In this document: positions 39,626-48,386 of the stretch, piece after piece
How the letters are laid out: each line of letters starts with the position of its first letter
Numbering within the stretch: the first letter of the stretch is position 1
The notes under the pieces: generated by a model
Databases searched by the model: none
Told to the model about the DNA's origin: nothing
The model's input: the letters and a program-made list of their open reading frames with translations, nothing else
From: Ignavibacteriota bacterium
Lineage (GTDB): Bacteria; Bacteroidota; Ignavibacteria; UBA10030; UBA6906
Direction: 5' to 3'
NCBI GenBank assembly: GCA_963801355.1
Contig: CAWDEM010000008.1
Coordinates: 1,312,001 to 1,376,000 of the forward strand
Length of the DNA stretch: 64,000 nucleotides
Translations under genes and position numbers: made by a program

Positions 39626-41791
39626 TCAGCGCAATAGGAGCATCTTCCGGCTCTCAACAGACGCTCCCACGATGAGTCGGTAGCAGTAGATGCCGCTCGC
39701 GAGGCCCGATGCATCAAAGCTCACATTGTGCCTCCCGGGCATTTTCGGCTCGTTAACAAGCGCGGCCACTTCCCGCCCGAGCAGGTCATACACGCTGAGC
39801 CTGACCCAAAGAGAGCCCGGGGTCTGACCTCTGGGCACTTCTTTTCCCTCCGGAACTCCAAACCCGATTGTCGTGGCCGGATTGAACGGGTTCGGATAAT
39901 TCTGGTCGAGGTACAGCTCCAGCGGCAGCCTGTCGACGGCCGGTAATGGAACTCCGACCGGCCTCGCGCTGTAGTAAACACCGTTGCCGGAAGTCCCCGC
40001 GATGAGTGTCCCGTTCGGATTCACATCGAGAGCGTTAACCTGGAAGTAACCCATACCCGTGAGGATTTCGTTCCACGAGTCTCCGCCATCAGTCGAGAGA
40101 TGAGGGCCGGAGCCCGTGCCGGCGAAAAGCCGTCCATCCGGAGCTGATGCTATCGCGTAGACGAAGCTGCCGTTCAATCCGGCACCGGCCATCTGCCATG
40201 ACGCACCCACGTCAGTCGAGCGGAAGATCCCGCCGCCATACGTGCCGGCGAACAGTGTTGTGGGGAAGCTGGCGAAAAGACACCTGACATCACTGGTCGC
40301 CAGTCCGTTGGTGCTCTGCTGCCAGTATGCGCCTCCGTTCGTGGAGATGTACACACCGGAATTATCTGTGGCTGCTGCCATCTTACCTGTTCCGAATCGG
40401 ACGAGACTGTAGATTGTCGCAGAAGTTGAAATGCCCGAATCTGAAACCACCCAGCTCTCCCCCCTGTCTACGGAACGAAACACTCTGGTGTTTCTCCCGC
40501 CTACGAACAGCGTGTCCGGCCCCACCGGGAGAATTGCATAGATATCTTTGTTGCCCAAACCGTTGTTCTTGGGTGACCAGGAGACGCCGTTATCATCCGA
40601 CCGGAACACGCCACTCCCGAATGTCCCCGCATATACCGTCCCTCCGGTACTGACGGCGGTTGAGCGGACGTCGAGATTGGTGATCCCCGCGTTCGCCTCA
40701 GTCCACGTGCGTCCGGAGTCGTACGAGCGATGAATGCCCGAACCATTCGTTGCTGCAAATGCAAGGCCCCCCGCGTTGTGCGCAATTGCCGTGACGGCAC
40801 CTGCCGACATTCCCTGATTCCCGCAGGTCCATGAGAGGCCGGCGTCTGTGGATCGCAAGACTCCACCGCCATAATCCCCGGCATAAAGCTCTCCAAAGCC
40901 GGACTGACTCATTGCACGAACGTCTCTCTGCAACACGCCGGGCGCGGTCAGTGACCAGGACTCCCCCAGGTCAGTGGAACGGTAGATGCCAACGTCTCCG
41001 ATGCTGATGAACGCTTCACCCGAACGGCTGATCATGACGAGATACTTGTAACCGTTGGGGATCCCCGTGCTTTTCTTGATCCACGTCATGCCGTGATCAG
41101 AGGACCTATAGATTCCCTTGTTGAACGAGGTTGACATCAGCACTTCGCCGGTCGGCGCGATGGCTACATCGTACGCGGAGGTGTCTGATCCCAACCCCGT
41201 ATTCCTCTGCTCCCAGTTCGGCCCGCCGTCGGTCGAATAGAAGACCCCTCGCGATGTCGCTGCATAGACGCCTCCGGCCTGCTCACATTCAAGCCCATTC
41301 ACAATCACCGCCGACAGCACGCCGCTGACATTGCTCCACGATTTGCCACTGTCCATCGAGGCGAAGACTCCATAATTGCCGCCGGCATATATTGAGCCAC
41401 CCCTACACGCGAGTACCCTGACATAGGTAGACCCGAGACCCGTCTTTGCAGAGGACCAGTCATTGCCGCTGTTCGTGGACCGGTACACCGTTGCCCCTCC
41501 ATGTGTGGCTGCGAGTACCGTCTCATCCCTGTAGACGGCGATTGCATTGATAGGAAGATTGCCGAACCCCTTGCTGGAGGACACCCAAGTCTCTCCGTGA
41601 TTTGTCGAGCGGAAAATCCCACTCTTATCAGTACCTGCAAAAACGCCTCCACTGCTGTCGACCGCCATTGCCTGGACCAGTCCGCCGAACGGCCCGGTGG
41701 CGGGCGCCCAGAAATCTCCCTGAGCGAAGCCAGTCCCACCCAATACGCCCATGATCACCATGGTCGACAAAGCCAATAGTGCTGTTTTCAT
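39626..41791 (-). CDS. T9SS-secreted BNR/Asp-box beta-propeller protein
   Basis: Many SxDxGxxW Asp-boxes; signal peptide; CTD. Confidence 0.88.
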   Translation of the reverse strand: MKTALLALSTMVIMGVLGGTGFAQGDFWAPATGPFGGLVQAMAVDSSGGVFAGTDKSGIFRSTNHGETWVSSSKGFGNLPINAIAVYRDETVLAATHGGATVYRSTNSGNDWSSAKTGLGSTYVRVLACRGGSIYAGGNYGVFASMDSGKSWSNVSGVLSAVIVNGLECEQAGGVYAATSRGVFYSTDGGPNWEQRNTGLGSDTSAYDVAIAPTGEVLMSTSFNKGIYRSSDHGMTWIKKSTGIPNGYKYLVMISRSGEAFISIGDVGIYRSTDLGESWSLTAPGVLQRDVRAMSQSGFGELYAGDYGGGVLRSTDAGLSWTCGNQGMSAGAVTAIAHNAGGLAFAATNGSGIHRSYDSGRTWTEANAGITNLDVRSTAVSTGGTVYAGTFGSGVFRSDDNGVSWSPKNNGLGNKDIYAILPVGPDTLFVGGRNTRVFRSVDRGESWVVSDSGISTSATIYSLVRFGTGKMAAATDNSGVYISTNGGAYWQQSTNGLATSDVRCLFASFPTTLFAGTYGGGIFRSTDVGASWQMAGAGLNGSFVYAIASAPDGRLFAGTGSGPHLSTDGGDSWNEILTGMGYFQVNALDVNPNGTLIAGTSGNGVYYSARPVGVPLPAVDRLPLELYLDQNYPNPFNPATTIGFGVPEGKEVPRGQTPGSLWVRLSVYDLLGREVAALVNEPKMPGRHNVSFDASGLASGIYCYRLIVGASVESRKMLLLR

Positions 41792-41885
41792 GATAGCCCT
41801 CCGCAGATCCTGCTCGTATCCTCATGCGTCTCAAGTGAGAAGCCCGCGTCAGTCATCGCCGCAATACATGCAGCGCGGCTTCTTT

Positions 41886-41969
41886 CATGAGATGACCTCT
41901 TCACCATATGAGATGAGACCATCGCTTTGTGAGATGACAACTTCTCCTCATGACATGAACGCATCAGCT
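41886..41969. repeat. 21-bp-period degenerate repeat, 4 units with TGA(G/C)ATGA core
   Basis: CATGAGATGACCTCTTCACCA / TATGAGATGAGACCATCGCTT / TGTGAGATGACAACTTCTCCT / CATGACATGAACGCATCAGCT. Confidence 0.75.
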
Positions 41970-41973
41970 GAGA

Positions 41974-44094
41974 TTATTTCAGAAGAAGAAGCATTTGCGT
42001 CTGGACAAAGCCCTTCGACTCTCTTCGGGATCCTGAGAGTTTCGAGGGATTTCCCGCCTGCATCCTGTAGAAATACATGCCGCTGGAGAGATGGCGCCCA
42101 TCAAACACCACTCTGTGGTGTCCCGCGTCCATCTCGCCATCGACAAGTCGTGCCACCTGTTGGCCGAGTGTGTTGAATACCGTCAGGATCACATGGGAAT
42201 GAGAGGGCAGGTCAAAACCAATTGTTGTCGCGGGATTGAAGGGATTTGGATAATTCTGCCAGAGCCTGCACTCAGCCGGCACCGGTGACTCAGACATCTC
42301 ATCAACCGCCGTCGCCGCAACGCTCTTGAACACTCCCGCGTTCGCCATACCTACATAAAGGTACCCACCGGCGTCGATGGCGATGGATCGCGCATCAGAA
42401 GGCCAGAGCCCGTCATTCACAAGACCCCATGTGGTCCCACCATCCGAGGAAAACGATACACCTTTCCACCCCACTGCGACAATTCGGCTCGCTCCAACCG
42501 GCAGCAATGAACGCACCGAGGAGAGACCGGAGGTCACGGAAGTCCATGACTCACCCCTGTCGGTCGTCCTAAACATTCCATTGTCGGTGCCGGCGAGCAG
42601 AATGCCATCCTGGCGAACCAGAAATCCGCGGACGTTCAGGTTTGTGAGCCCCGTGTTTTTCTGTGCCCAGGTCTTACCGGAATCGGACGAGCGGAACACC
42701 CCCTTGAGGAATGTCCCCGCGTACAGATAGCCGTCGCCACCATCGGCCACGGAGAACACTGCCGAATTCGTCACGCTATCAGCAGTCCATGTCTTACCGT
42801 AATCTGTGGAATGATGCACTCTACCCTGGTCGGCGCCGGCCAGAATAACTCCGCCGCGTGAGGATGCAACGCTGTAGAAGTATCCATAGACCATTGGCTG
42901 CCAGGAAGTGTCAGTCCCGGGTCGCCTGAGGATCCCATAGCCCCATGTGCCAACCAGGATTTTGCCGCTGTCATCCACGGCAAGAGAATTGACCAGGTAC
43001 GCACCTGAGGTAGTTGGGATAAACCCCCAGGAGGCACCACCGTCTGTGGTATGGTGGAGGCCACAACCATAGGTGCCAGCGTAGATGGAGTTGTCAGAGA
43101 CTCGGAGCAATGATTGCACAATCGATGCAACGAACCCGCTCTGTCGGGGCGACCAGCTGACGCCCCGGTCTGTGGAGCAGTACACACCCGTACCCCCCGA
43201 TCCTGCGTACACAGTCCCTGAGGGAGAGAGCGCCAGTGTAACAACGGCTTGGCCGGGGGATATTGGCGCGGAGGTCCAGATTGTACCGCCGTCCGTGGAA
43301 CACCGGGAATAACCCGAATTCGTCCCGGCGACGATCACACCGGCTGTATCAATCAGTATGGAACGGGTACCGAGAGCATCGGCCTTGGTCCAAATACCTC
43401 CATTGTTTGTGGAGCGGAATGTCCCGACTGACGTAGCGGCAAAGAGATCGCCACTACGGTGTCGAGCGAAGGAGTAGACCGCCGAACCGGGAAGCCCGGT
43501 TCCGGCAATGTCCCAGATGACTCCGCCGTTGGAAGTGCGGAATGCACCCGTCGTGGCCCCCGCGAGCGCAAAGCCGCCGTCCTCCACGAACAGAGACCAC
43601 ACGAACTTGTCGGTAAGTCCTGAGTCGAGTGTCTGCCAATGTGCGCCGCGGTCCGTCGATTTGAGAACGCCCCCACCCCACGTAGAAATCCAGAGTGTCG
43701 CAGTATCTTTGCAGCAGAGTCCATAGATCGAGCCGACCCCCGGAGTAGATGGCCCTTGCCATGACACACCATCGTTGGTGGAGCTATAGATCGCCCCCTG
43801 CCCGGTAGCAACATATACTCTGCCGCTAGAATCGCGCCCGATGTTGCTAACGCTTCGATAGTTCATGTTCGTTGATGACCAACTCCATGACGCCCCGCCG
43901 TTGCTCGACCTGAGGACTCCTTCCTCAGTACCGGCAAGTATTGAACCGGAAGATGTGACAAGAATTGCCGTGACATTGCCGCCTGTGGGTCCGGCCGTTT
44001 GGGCCCATGACCCGGGTTGCCCAAATGCTATTTGCGGGACGAGAACCAGTGCGACGAGAGCGGCGACCGGGAGGGAGATTGTGTAACGACTCAT
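41974..44094 (-). CDS. T9SS-secreted BNR/Asp-box beta-propeller protein (similar architecture to 39626-41791)
   Basis: Asp-box repeats; signal peptide; CTD with hairpin insertion. Confidence 0.88.
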   Translation of the reverse strand: MSRYTISLPVAALVALVLVPQIAFGQPGSWAQTAGPTGGNVTAILVTSSGSILAGTEEGVLRSSNGGASWSWSSTNMNYRSVSNIGRDSSGRVYVATGQGAIYSSTNDGVSWQGPSTPGVGSIYGLCCKDTATLWISTWGGGVLKSTDRGAHWQTLDSGLTDKFVWSLFVEDGGFALAGATTGAFRTSNGGVIWDIAGTGLPGSAVYSFARHRSGDLFAATSVGTFRSTNNGGIWTKADALGTRSILIDTAGVIVAGTNSGYSRCSTDGGTIWTSAPISPGQAVVTLALSPSGTVYAGSGGTGVYCSTDRGVSWSPRQSGFVASIVQSLLRVSDNSIYAGTYGCGLHHTTDGGASWGFIPTTSGAYLVNSLAVDDSGKILVGTWGYGILRRPGTDTSWQPMVYGYFYSVASSRGGVILAGADQGRVHHSTDYGKTWTADSVTNSAVFSVADGGDGYLYAGTFLKGVFRSSDSGKTWAQKNTGLTNLNVRGFLVRQDGILLAGTDNGMFRTTDRGESWTSVTSGLSSVRSLLPVGASRIVAVGWKGVSFSSDGGTTWGLVNDGLWPSDARSIAIDAGGYLYVGMANAGVFKSVAATAVDEMSESPVPAECRLWQNYPNPFNPATTIGFDLPSHSHVILTVFNTLGQQVARLVDGEMDAGHHRVVFDGRHLSSGMYFYRMQAGNPSKLSGSRRESKGFVQTQMLLLLK

Positions 44095-44315
44095 GGCCTG
44101 CCCTTTCCTGGAAGTGGATGCGAAGGAGGTAAGGAGGGCCAGAAGGGATGGCGCATCAAGCGGAGCAAGTCGGCGGGTCGCGGGGGTCGGCTCTACAACG
44201 ATGATACCGGAACAGGGTCAAGAGCAGCGGCCCGGGAGCTCAGGCAGCCATCGGGCTCTTCTATAGGGGAAATATATCCCGTCGATCGACCAAAGTCAAA
44301 TCAACGACTCGCCGA

Positions 44316-44472
44316 CGCAATTGTGTGTGGCGCAATTGTGTGCAATTTCGTGCATGCAAATGTGTGCGCTGAGATTGTACGTGCAATAGTGTGGTGCAAT
44401 GGTGTGTGCTGAAATTGCATGTGCTGGCATCGTATGGGCTGTAGTCGTGCGCATTTGTAATTGAACGCATGC
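44316..44472. repeat. Low-complexity GCAATTGTGT-like degenerate repeat in a divergent intergenic region
   Basis: Recurrent (G/T)GCAAT(T/A/G)GTGT variants at roughly 13-15 bp spacing. Confidence 0.6.
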
Positions 44473-44568
44473 ATCGGTACATTCTCCTCAGAAGAACCCT
44501 GATGTAGCCACGGGTCCTGCGAACCAGGAGCGACTACTCTTGAGCACCAAGCTGAAGATGAGGACTCA

Positions 44569-45495
44569 ATGAAGAAGCCGGCGCGAAAGGCTGAGAGAGG
44601 TGGGAAAGACAATCTCTACACTCAGTTGAAGAACGCCTATGCGGACCCGAACCTGAACCGCATTACCGCCGCGTTGTTACGCCTCTACCGGTCTCGAGAT
44701 CACACAAGGCTCCGAGAGATCGCTCAGAGAATCTCCGATGTCGTGACCGTGGATGACAGCTCCATCAGCAAGTGCTTCTCCCAACTGGTTGTCCTCTACC
44801 ACCCGGACAAGGGAGAGAGCCACCGCCGCGAAATCGAAAAGCTCCATTCAGCCGGGCACAACAAGCGTCTGCACCGATTCTCACATATCCTCTTGCTTGA
44901 CGATATTGACCTTCTCACTGCCACCGCTCCTCCCGCTCCCGAAACAACCGACTTCACGCCGGAGTATGCATACGAACCCGATGACGACGCTTTCCGCGCT
45001 GCCCGCGAATCAGACGATGACACCTTCGAGGACGCCCAGTTCGAACCCGGTGACGAGGAGTTCGACCATTCCTTCTTCCATGCACTGAAGCTGAAGACGT
45101 ACGGAACGCTGGCTGTCGAACTGCCCCTCTACTACCTCAGGGATCTCGAAGAAATTGAGATGTCCGGTTGTGATTTGACCTCACTGGACGGCATCCAACA
45201 CTGCGTGTATGCGACCGTCGTGGACATCTCAGACAATGCACTGACAGATCTCGGCGAACTGCAGCCTCTCGTCCGCATAACCGAACTCTACGTGGCCCGG
45301 AATCACATCGGATACATCGACGTCCTTCGCAGCCTGCCACAATTGCGGATCGTCGACCTCTCCATGAACGACATCGATGATGTCTCCGCGCTGTTCGACC
45401 TGGAACGCCTGGAGTTTGTCAATATTGCCGGCAATAACGTGCCGGCGGACCAGATACATACTCTGCGGTCGTCGGGCTGCACGGTTCTCTATTGA
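44569..45495 (+). CDS. Protein with J-domain-like HPD motif, acidic linker and C-terminal leucine-rich repeats
   Basis: ISKCFSQLVVLYHPDK resembles J-domain helix II-HPD; about five LRRs (IEMSGCDL, VDISDNAL, LYVARNHI, VDLSMNDI, VNIAGNNV). Confidence 0.8.
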   Translation: MKKPARKAERGGKDNLYTQLKNAYADPNLNRITAALLRLYRSRDHTRLREIAQRISDVVTVDDSSISKCFSQLVVLYHPDKGESHRREIEKLHSAGHNKRLHRFSHILLLDDIDLLTATAPPAPETTDFTPEYAYEPDDDAFRAARESDDDTFEDAQFEPGDEEFDHSFFHALKLKTYGTLAVELPLYYLRDLEEIEMSGCDLTSLDGIQHCVYATVVDISDNALTDLGELQPLVRITELYVARNHIGYIDVLRSLPQLRIVDLSMNDIDDVSALFDLERLEFVNIAGNNVPADQIHTLRSSGCTVLY

Positions 45496-45576
45496 AGTAC
45501 ATCCGGCAACCGACCGCCGGGGGATGTGCGCCGGCAACGGAACTAACCACGAGGCCGGCCGGTTGAATAGGCAAGT

Positions 45577-45594
45577 CCTTCGATGCGGCTCAGG
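45577..45594 (+). repeat. Single CCTTCGA-N4-GCTCAGG REP-like motif
   Basis: CCTTCGATGCGGCTCAGG; related to the insertions in the CTDs at 42011-42048 and 37786-37812. Confidence 0.5.
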
Positions 45595-45676
45595 CTCTCT
45601 GTGAGTCTGCCGGACACTGAAGGCTGCTGAAGTATTCAGAAGGCATTCATAAACTCAATCAGAAAGGAATACTCTC

Positions 45677-46627
45677 ATGGCCGGGAAGAAAATCATCGCC
45701 GTCGTCGGTGCGACCGGAGCTCAGGGAGGCGGACTCGTCAGGGCCATCCTCAATGACCCCACCGGCGGCTTTGCAGCACGCGCAATCACGAGAGATGTGA
45801 ATTCCGAGAAAGCCAGAGCCCTCGCGCACGCGGGCGCAGAAGTCGTTGCCGCAGATATCGATAATCCAGCAAGCCTCAAACGGGCCTTCGACGGGGCGTA
45901 CGGTGCCTATTGCGTAACATTCTTCTGGGCCCACTTCTCGCCCGAGAAGGAGATCACGGAAGGCACCGCGATGGCACATGCGGCGAAGGAGACGGGTATC
46001 CAGCATGCGATCTGGTCAACGTTCGAAGACACACGCAAGTGGGTCCCGCTCAGCGACAACCGGATGCCGACACTCATGGGAAAGTACAAAGTCGCACACT
46101 TCGACGCCAAGAGCGAAGTGAACAATGTTTTCACTGAGCTCGGGGTCCCGACCACATTTCTCCTGACATCCTTCTACTGGGAAAACCTCATTTATTTCGG
46201 CGCTGGTCCGAAGAGAGGACCCGACGGCAAACTGGCCATCACGTTTCCCCTGGGGGACAAGAAGATGCCGGGGATTGCCTCGGAGGACATCGGCAAATGT
46301 GCGTACGGGATTTTCCGCAGGGGAAAGGAACTCATCGGGAAGACGGTGGGTGTTGCAGGCGAACATCTTAGCGGAAAGCAGATGGCCGACGCGCTCACGA
46401 AAGCCCTGAACAAGGAGGTGCGCTACAATGATGTGCCGCCTGATGTGTACCGGAGCTTCGGCTTTCCGGGTGCTGAGGACATGGGCAACATGTTGCAGAT
46501 AAAGCGCGATTTCGAAAAGCAATATTGTGGCGCCCGGAGTATCGATTTCTCCCGGTCATTGAACCCGTCGCTGCAAACGTTCGAACAGTGGCTGGCGCAA
46601 CACAAAAGTCTTATACCGCTGGAGTAA
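45677..46627 (+). CDS. NmrA/HSCARG-family NAD(P)-binding protein
   Basis: VVGATGAQGG Rossmann motif, HFDAK, SFYWEN, EDIGK. Confidence 0.92.
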   Translation: MAGKKIIAVVGATGAQGGGLVRAILNDPTGGFAARAITRDVNSEKARALAHAGAEVVAADIDNPASLKRAFDGAYGAYCVTFFWAHFSPEKEITEGTAMAHAAKETGIQHAIWSTFEDTRKWVPLSDNRMPTLMGKYKVAHFDAKSEVNNVFTELGVPTTFLLTSFYWENLIYFGAGPKRGPDGKLAITFPLGDKKMPGIASEDIGKCAYGIFRRGKELIGKTVGVAGEHLSGKQMADALTKALNKEVRYNDVPPDVYRSFGFPGAEDMGNMLQIKRDFEKQYCGARSIDFSRSLNPSLQTFEQWLAQHKSLIPLE

Positions 46628-47252
46628 ACAAGAGAGCGCGCAGGCCGATCACAAGTGCCACTACGCCAAAAACAATCAGACCAGCGCTGGTCCCTTTGTT
46701 GACAATCGTCAGTCCGCGTGTGGTAATCTTCTCCTTGAAGATATGGCACAGGAACGTGAGCAATACAAACCAGCCCAGCGAGCCAATGAAGATGCCCGCG
46801 ACGAACAGCGCGGCGGCAGTCTGATTGTGCACAAGGTCCTGGATGCCGACTAATGCAAAGACAGCCACGAACGCGAAGAGTGCCATCGGGTTTGTGAAGG
46901 TGACCAGGAACGTGGAGAAAAATGCGAGGGCGGGCGCCGTTGCCGGTTTTGCTGTAGCGACCTTGACCGGGTGCGGCCGGAATGTGCGATACCCGAGGAC
47001 GAGCAGAACAACACCGCCCACAACACGGATCTCGTTTTGATATTTGGCAATGAAATCTGAAACAAGTGTAATCCCGTACGCCGCTACGATACTATACATC
47101 ATGTCGGATACAGCGGCGCTCAGTCCGGTCAGGAAGCCGTAGAGCATCCCATACGTCAAGGTACGGCGTATGCAGAGAATTCCCACCGGGCCTATCGGTA
47201 TGGGAAGACAGAAACCAATCAGAAAACCTTTGAGAAGATACACCAGTGCCAT
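46611..47252 (-). CDS. LysE-family translocator
   Basis: PIGPVGILCIRRTL, TFTNP, GSLGWF; hydrophobic. Confidence 0.9.
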   Translation of the reverse strand: MALVYLLKGFLIGFCLPIPIGPVGILCIRRTLTYGMLYGFLTGLSAAVSDMMYSIVAAYGITLVSDFIAKYQNEIRVVGGVVLLVLGYRTFRPHPVKVATAKPATAPALAFFSTFLVTFTNPMALFAFVAVFALVGIQDLVHNQTAAALFVAGIFIGSLGWFVLLTFLCHIFKEKITTRGLTIVNKGTSAGLIVFGVVALVIGLRALLFTPAV

Positions 47253-47277
47253 TCAGCGCTCTCTCTATTTGTGTGCC

Positions 47278-47511
47278 TTAGTTCTTCTTTGCGCTCCTGC
47301 TTGTCAGGAAGGCAATGAATGAATAGACCACCGCAATCACAATGAGATTGAATACCCAGTTCATGAGCGTATCGCTCACGGAATGAGATCTACCGTCGAT
47401 GTCGACGAAAAGGTAGATCGCATAGACGATCCCCGCAACAAGAACCACCCATCCCGACAGGTTGATAGGCACATAGAGTATTCCGATTCGCCTGAACCAG
47501 GGCAAATTCAT
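47278..47511 (-). CDS. Small two-TM membrane protein
   Basis: MNLPWFRRIGILYVP..GW, DGRSHSVSDTL between two TM helices. Confidence 0.7.
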   Translation of the reverse strand: MNLPWFRRIGILYVPINLSGWVVLVAGIVYAIYLFVDIDGRSHSVSDTLMNWVFNLIVIAVVYSFIAFLTSRSAKKN

Positions 47512-47540
47512 CTGTACGATCTCCACAGTGACCGGGTACC

Positions 47541-47635
47541 GCTCTCCGTTGCCGCCGGATGTTCCGGGGAGCTCCCCCTTGATGTAGATTATTCCGTGAG
47601 GCTCTCCGTTGCTGCTGAATTCTTGCGGAGCGCTC
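47541..47635. repeat. Imperfect direct repeat GCTCTCCGTTGC(C/T)GC(C/T)G, 60 bp apart
   Basis: Copies start at 47541 and 47601. Confidence 0.6.
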
Positions 47636-47639
47636 AGGA

Positions 47640-48386
47640 CTAGCGGTCTGCATTATCAAGCAGTGAAGCAGCCTCTTCATCCAGGATCCAATGGACTCCC
47701 CCCTGTGCCGGCCTGATCATCGAGGCCGGAAGATCCGCCCGTGGCTCTTTTGCTCCAAGGATCCCTGCAACCACCCGTGCCTTTCTCTTCCCTGCCGCTA
47801 GGAACAGCGTTTCACGCGCATTAAGGAGGACCGGAAGCGTCAGCGTCACACGACAGCTGTTGAGCTGGGGAACGAAGTATCCCAGTGCCATCTTTGTAGC
47901 TTCTCGCAGTGAGTCGGTACCGGGAAATAGCGACGCTGTGTGACCATCTTCGCCGATACCCAGCATCACGATGTCAAAACGGGGCAGATGGTCGCCGAAC
48001 CATCTTTGCAGTTCGGTTTCATAATCATTTGCGGCATCCGGCGCAGATGTTTCTCCCCGGATTCGATGGATGTTTTCCGGAGGGATGGAAATGCGGCTTA
48101 TCAATGTGCGTGACACCATTCCGTAATTACTCGCCGGATCGTCAGGCGGGACCATCCTCTCGTCGCCGAAGAACAAGTGAACATCACGCCAGTGGATCGT
48201 GCTCCGCAGAGGATCGGCTGCAAGCATCTGGTAGACCCGGAGCGGGGTCTCTCCACCGGCCAGCGCGATACAACTGACCCCGCGCGCATGAATCGAACGG
48301 CTGATGAGCCCGCTGATGGTCTCCGCGGCGAGATGACTCATGCTCTCGGCATCTTTCGCCACCGAGATGACCGGGCGACCGCTCAT
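47640..48386 (-). CDS. pgl: 6-phosphogluconolactonase
   Basis: ALAGGETP, FFGDERMV, SNY, LGIGEDGHTASLFP, RVTLT; follows zwf. Confidence 0.95.
   Translation of the reverse strand: MSGRPVISVAKDAESMSHLAAETISGLISRSIHARGVSCIALAGGETPLRVYQMLAADPLRSTIHWRDVHLFFGDERMVPPDDPASNYGMVSRTLISRISIPPENIHRIRGETSAPDAANDYETELQRWFGDHLPRFDIVMLGIGEDGHTASLFPGTDSLREATKMALGYFVPQLNSCRVTLTLPVLLNARETLFLAAGKRKARVVAGILGAKEPRADLPASMIRPAQGGVHWILDEEAASLLDNADR

Noticed and set aside
41886-41969. Mini-CRISPR
   Set aside because: The 8-nt core and 13-nt spacers are far too short.
44261-44612. Small ORFs over the GCAATTGTGT repeat
   Set aside because: No RBS or coherent product in any frame; treated as non-coding.
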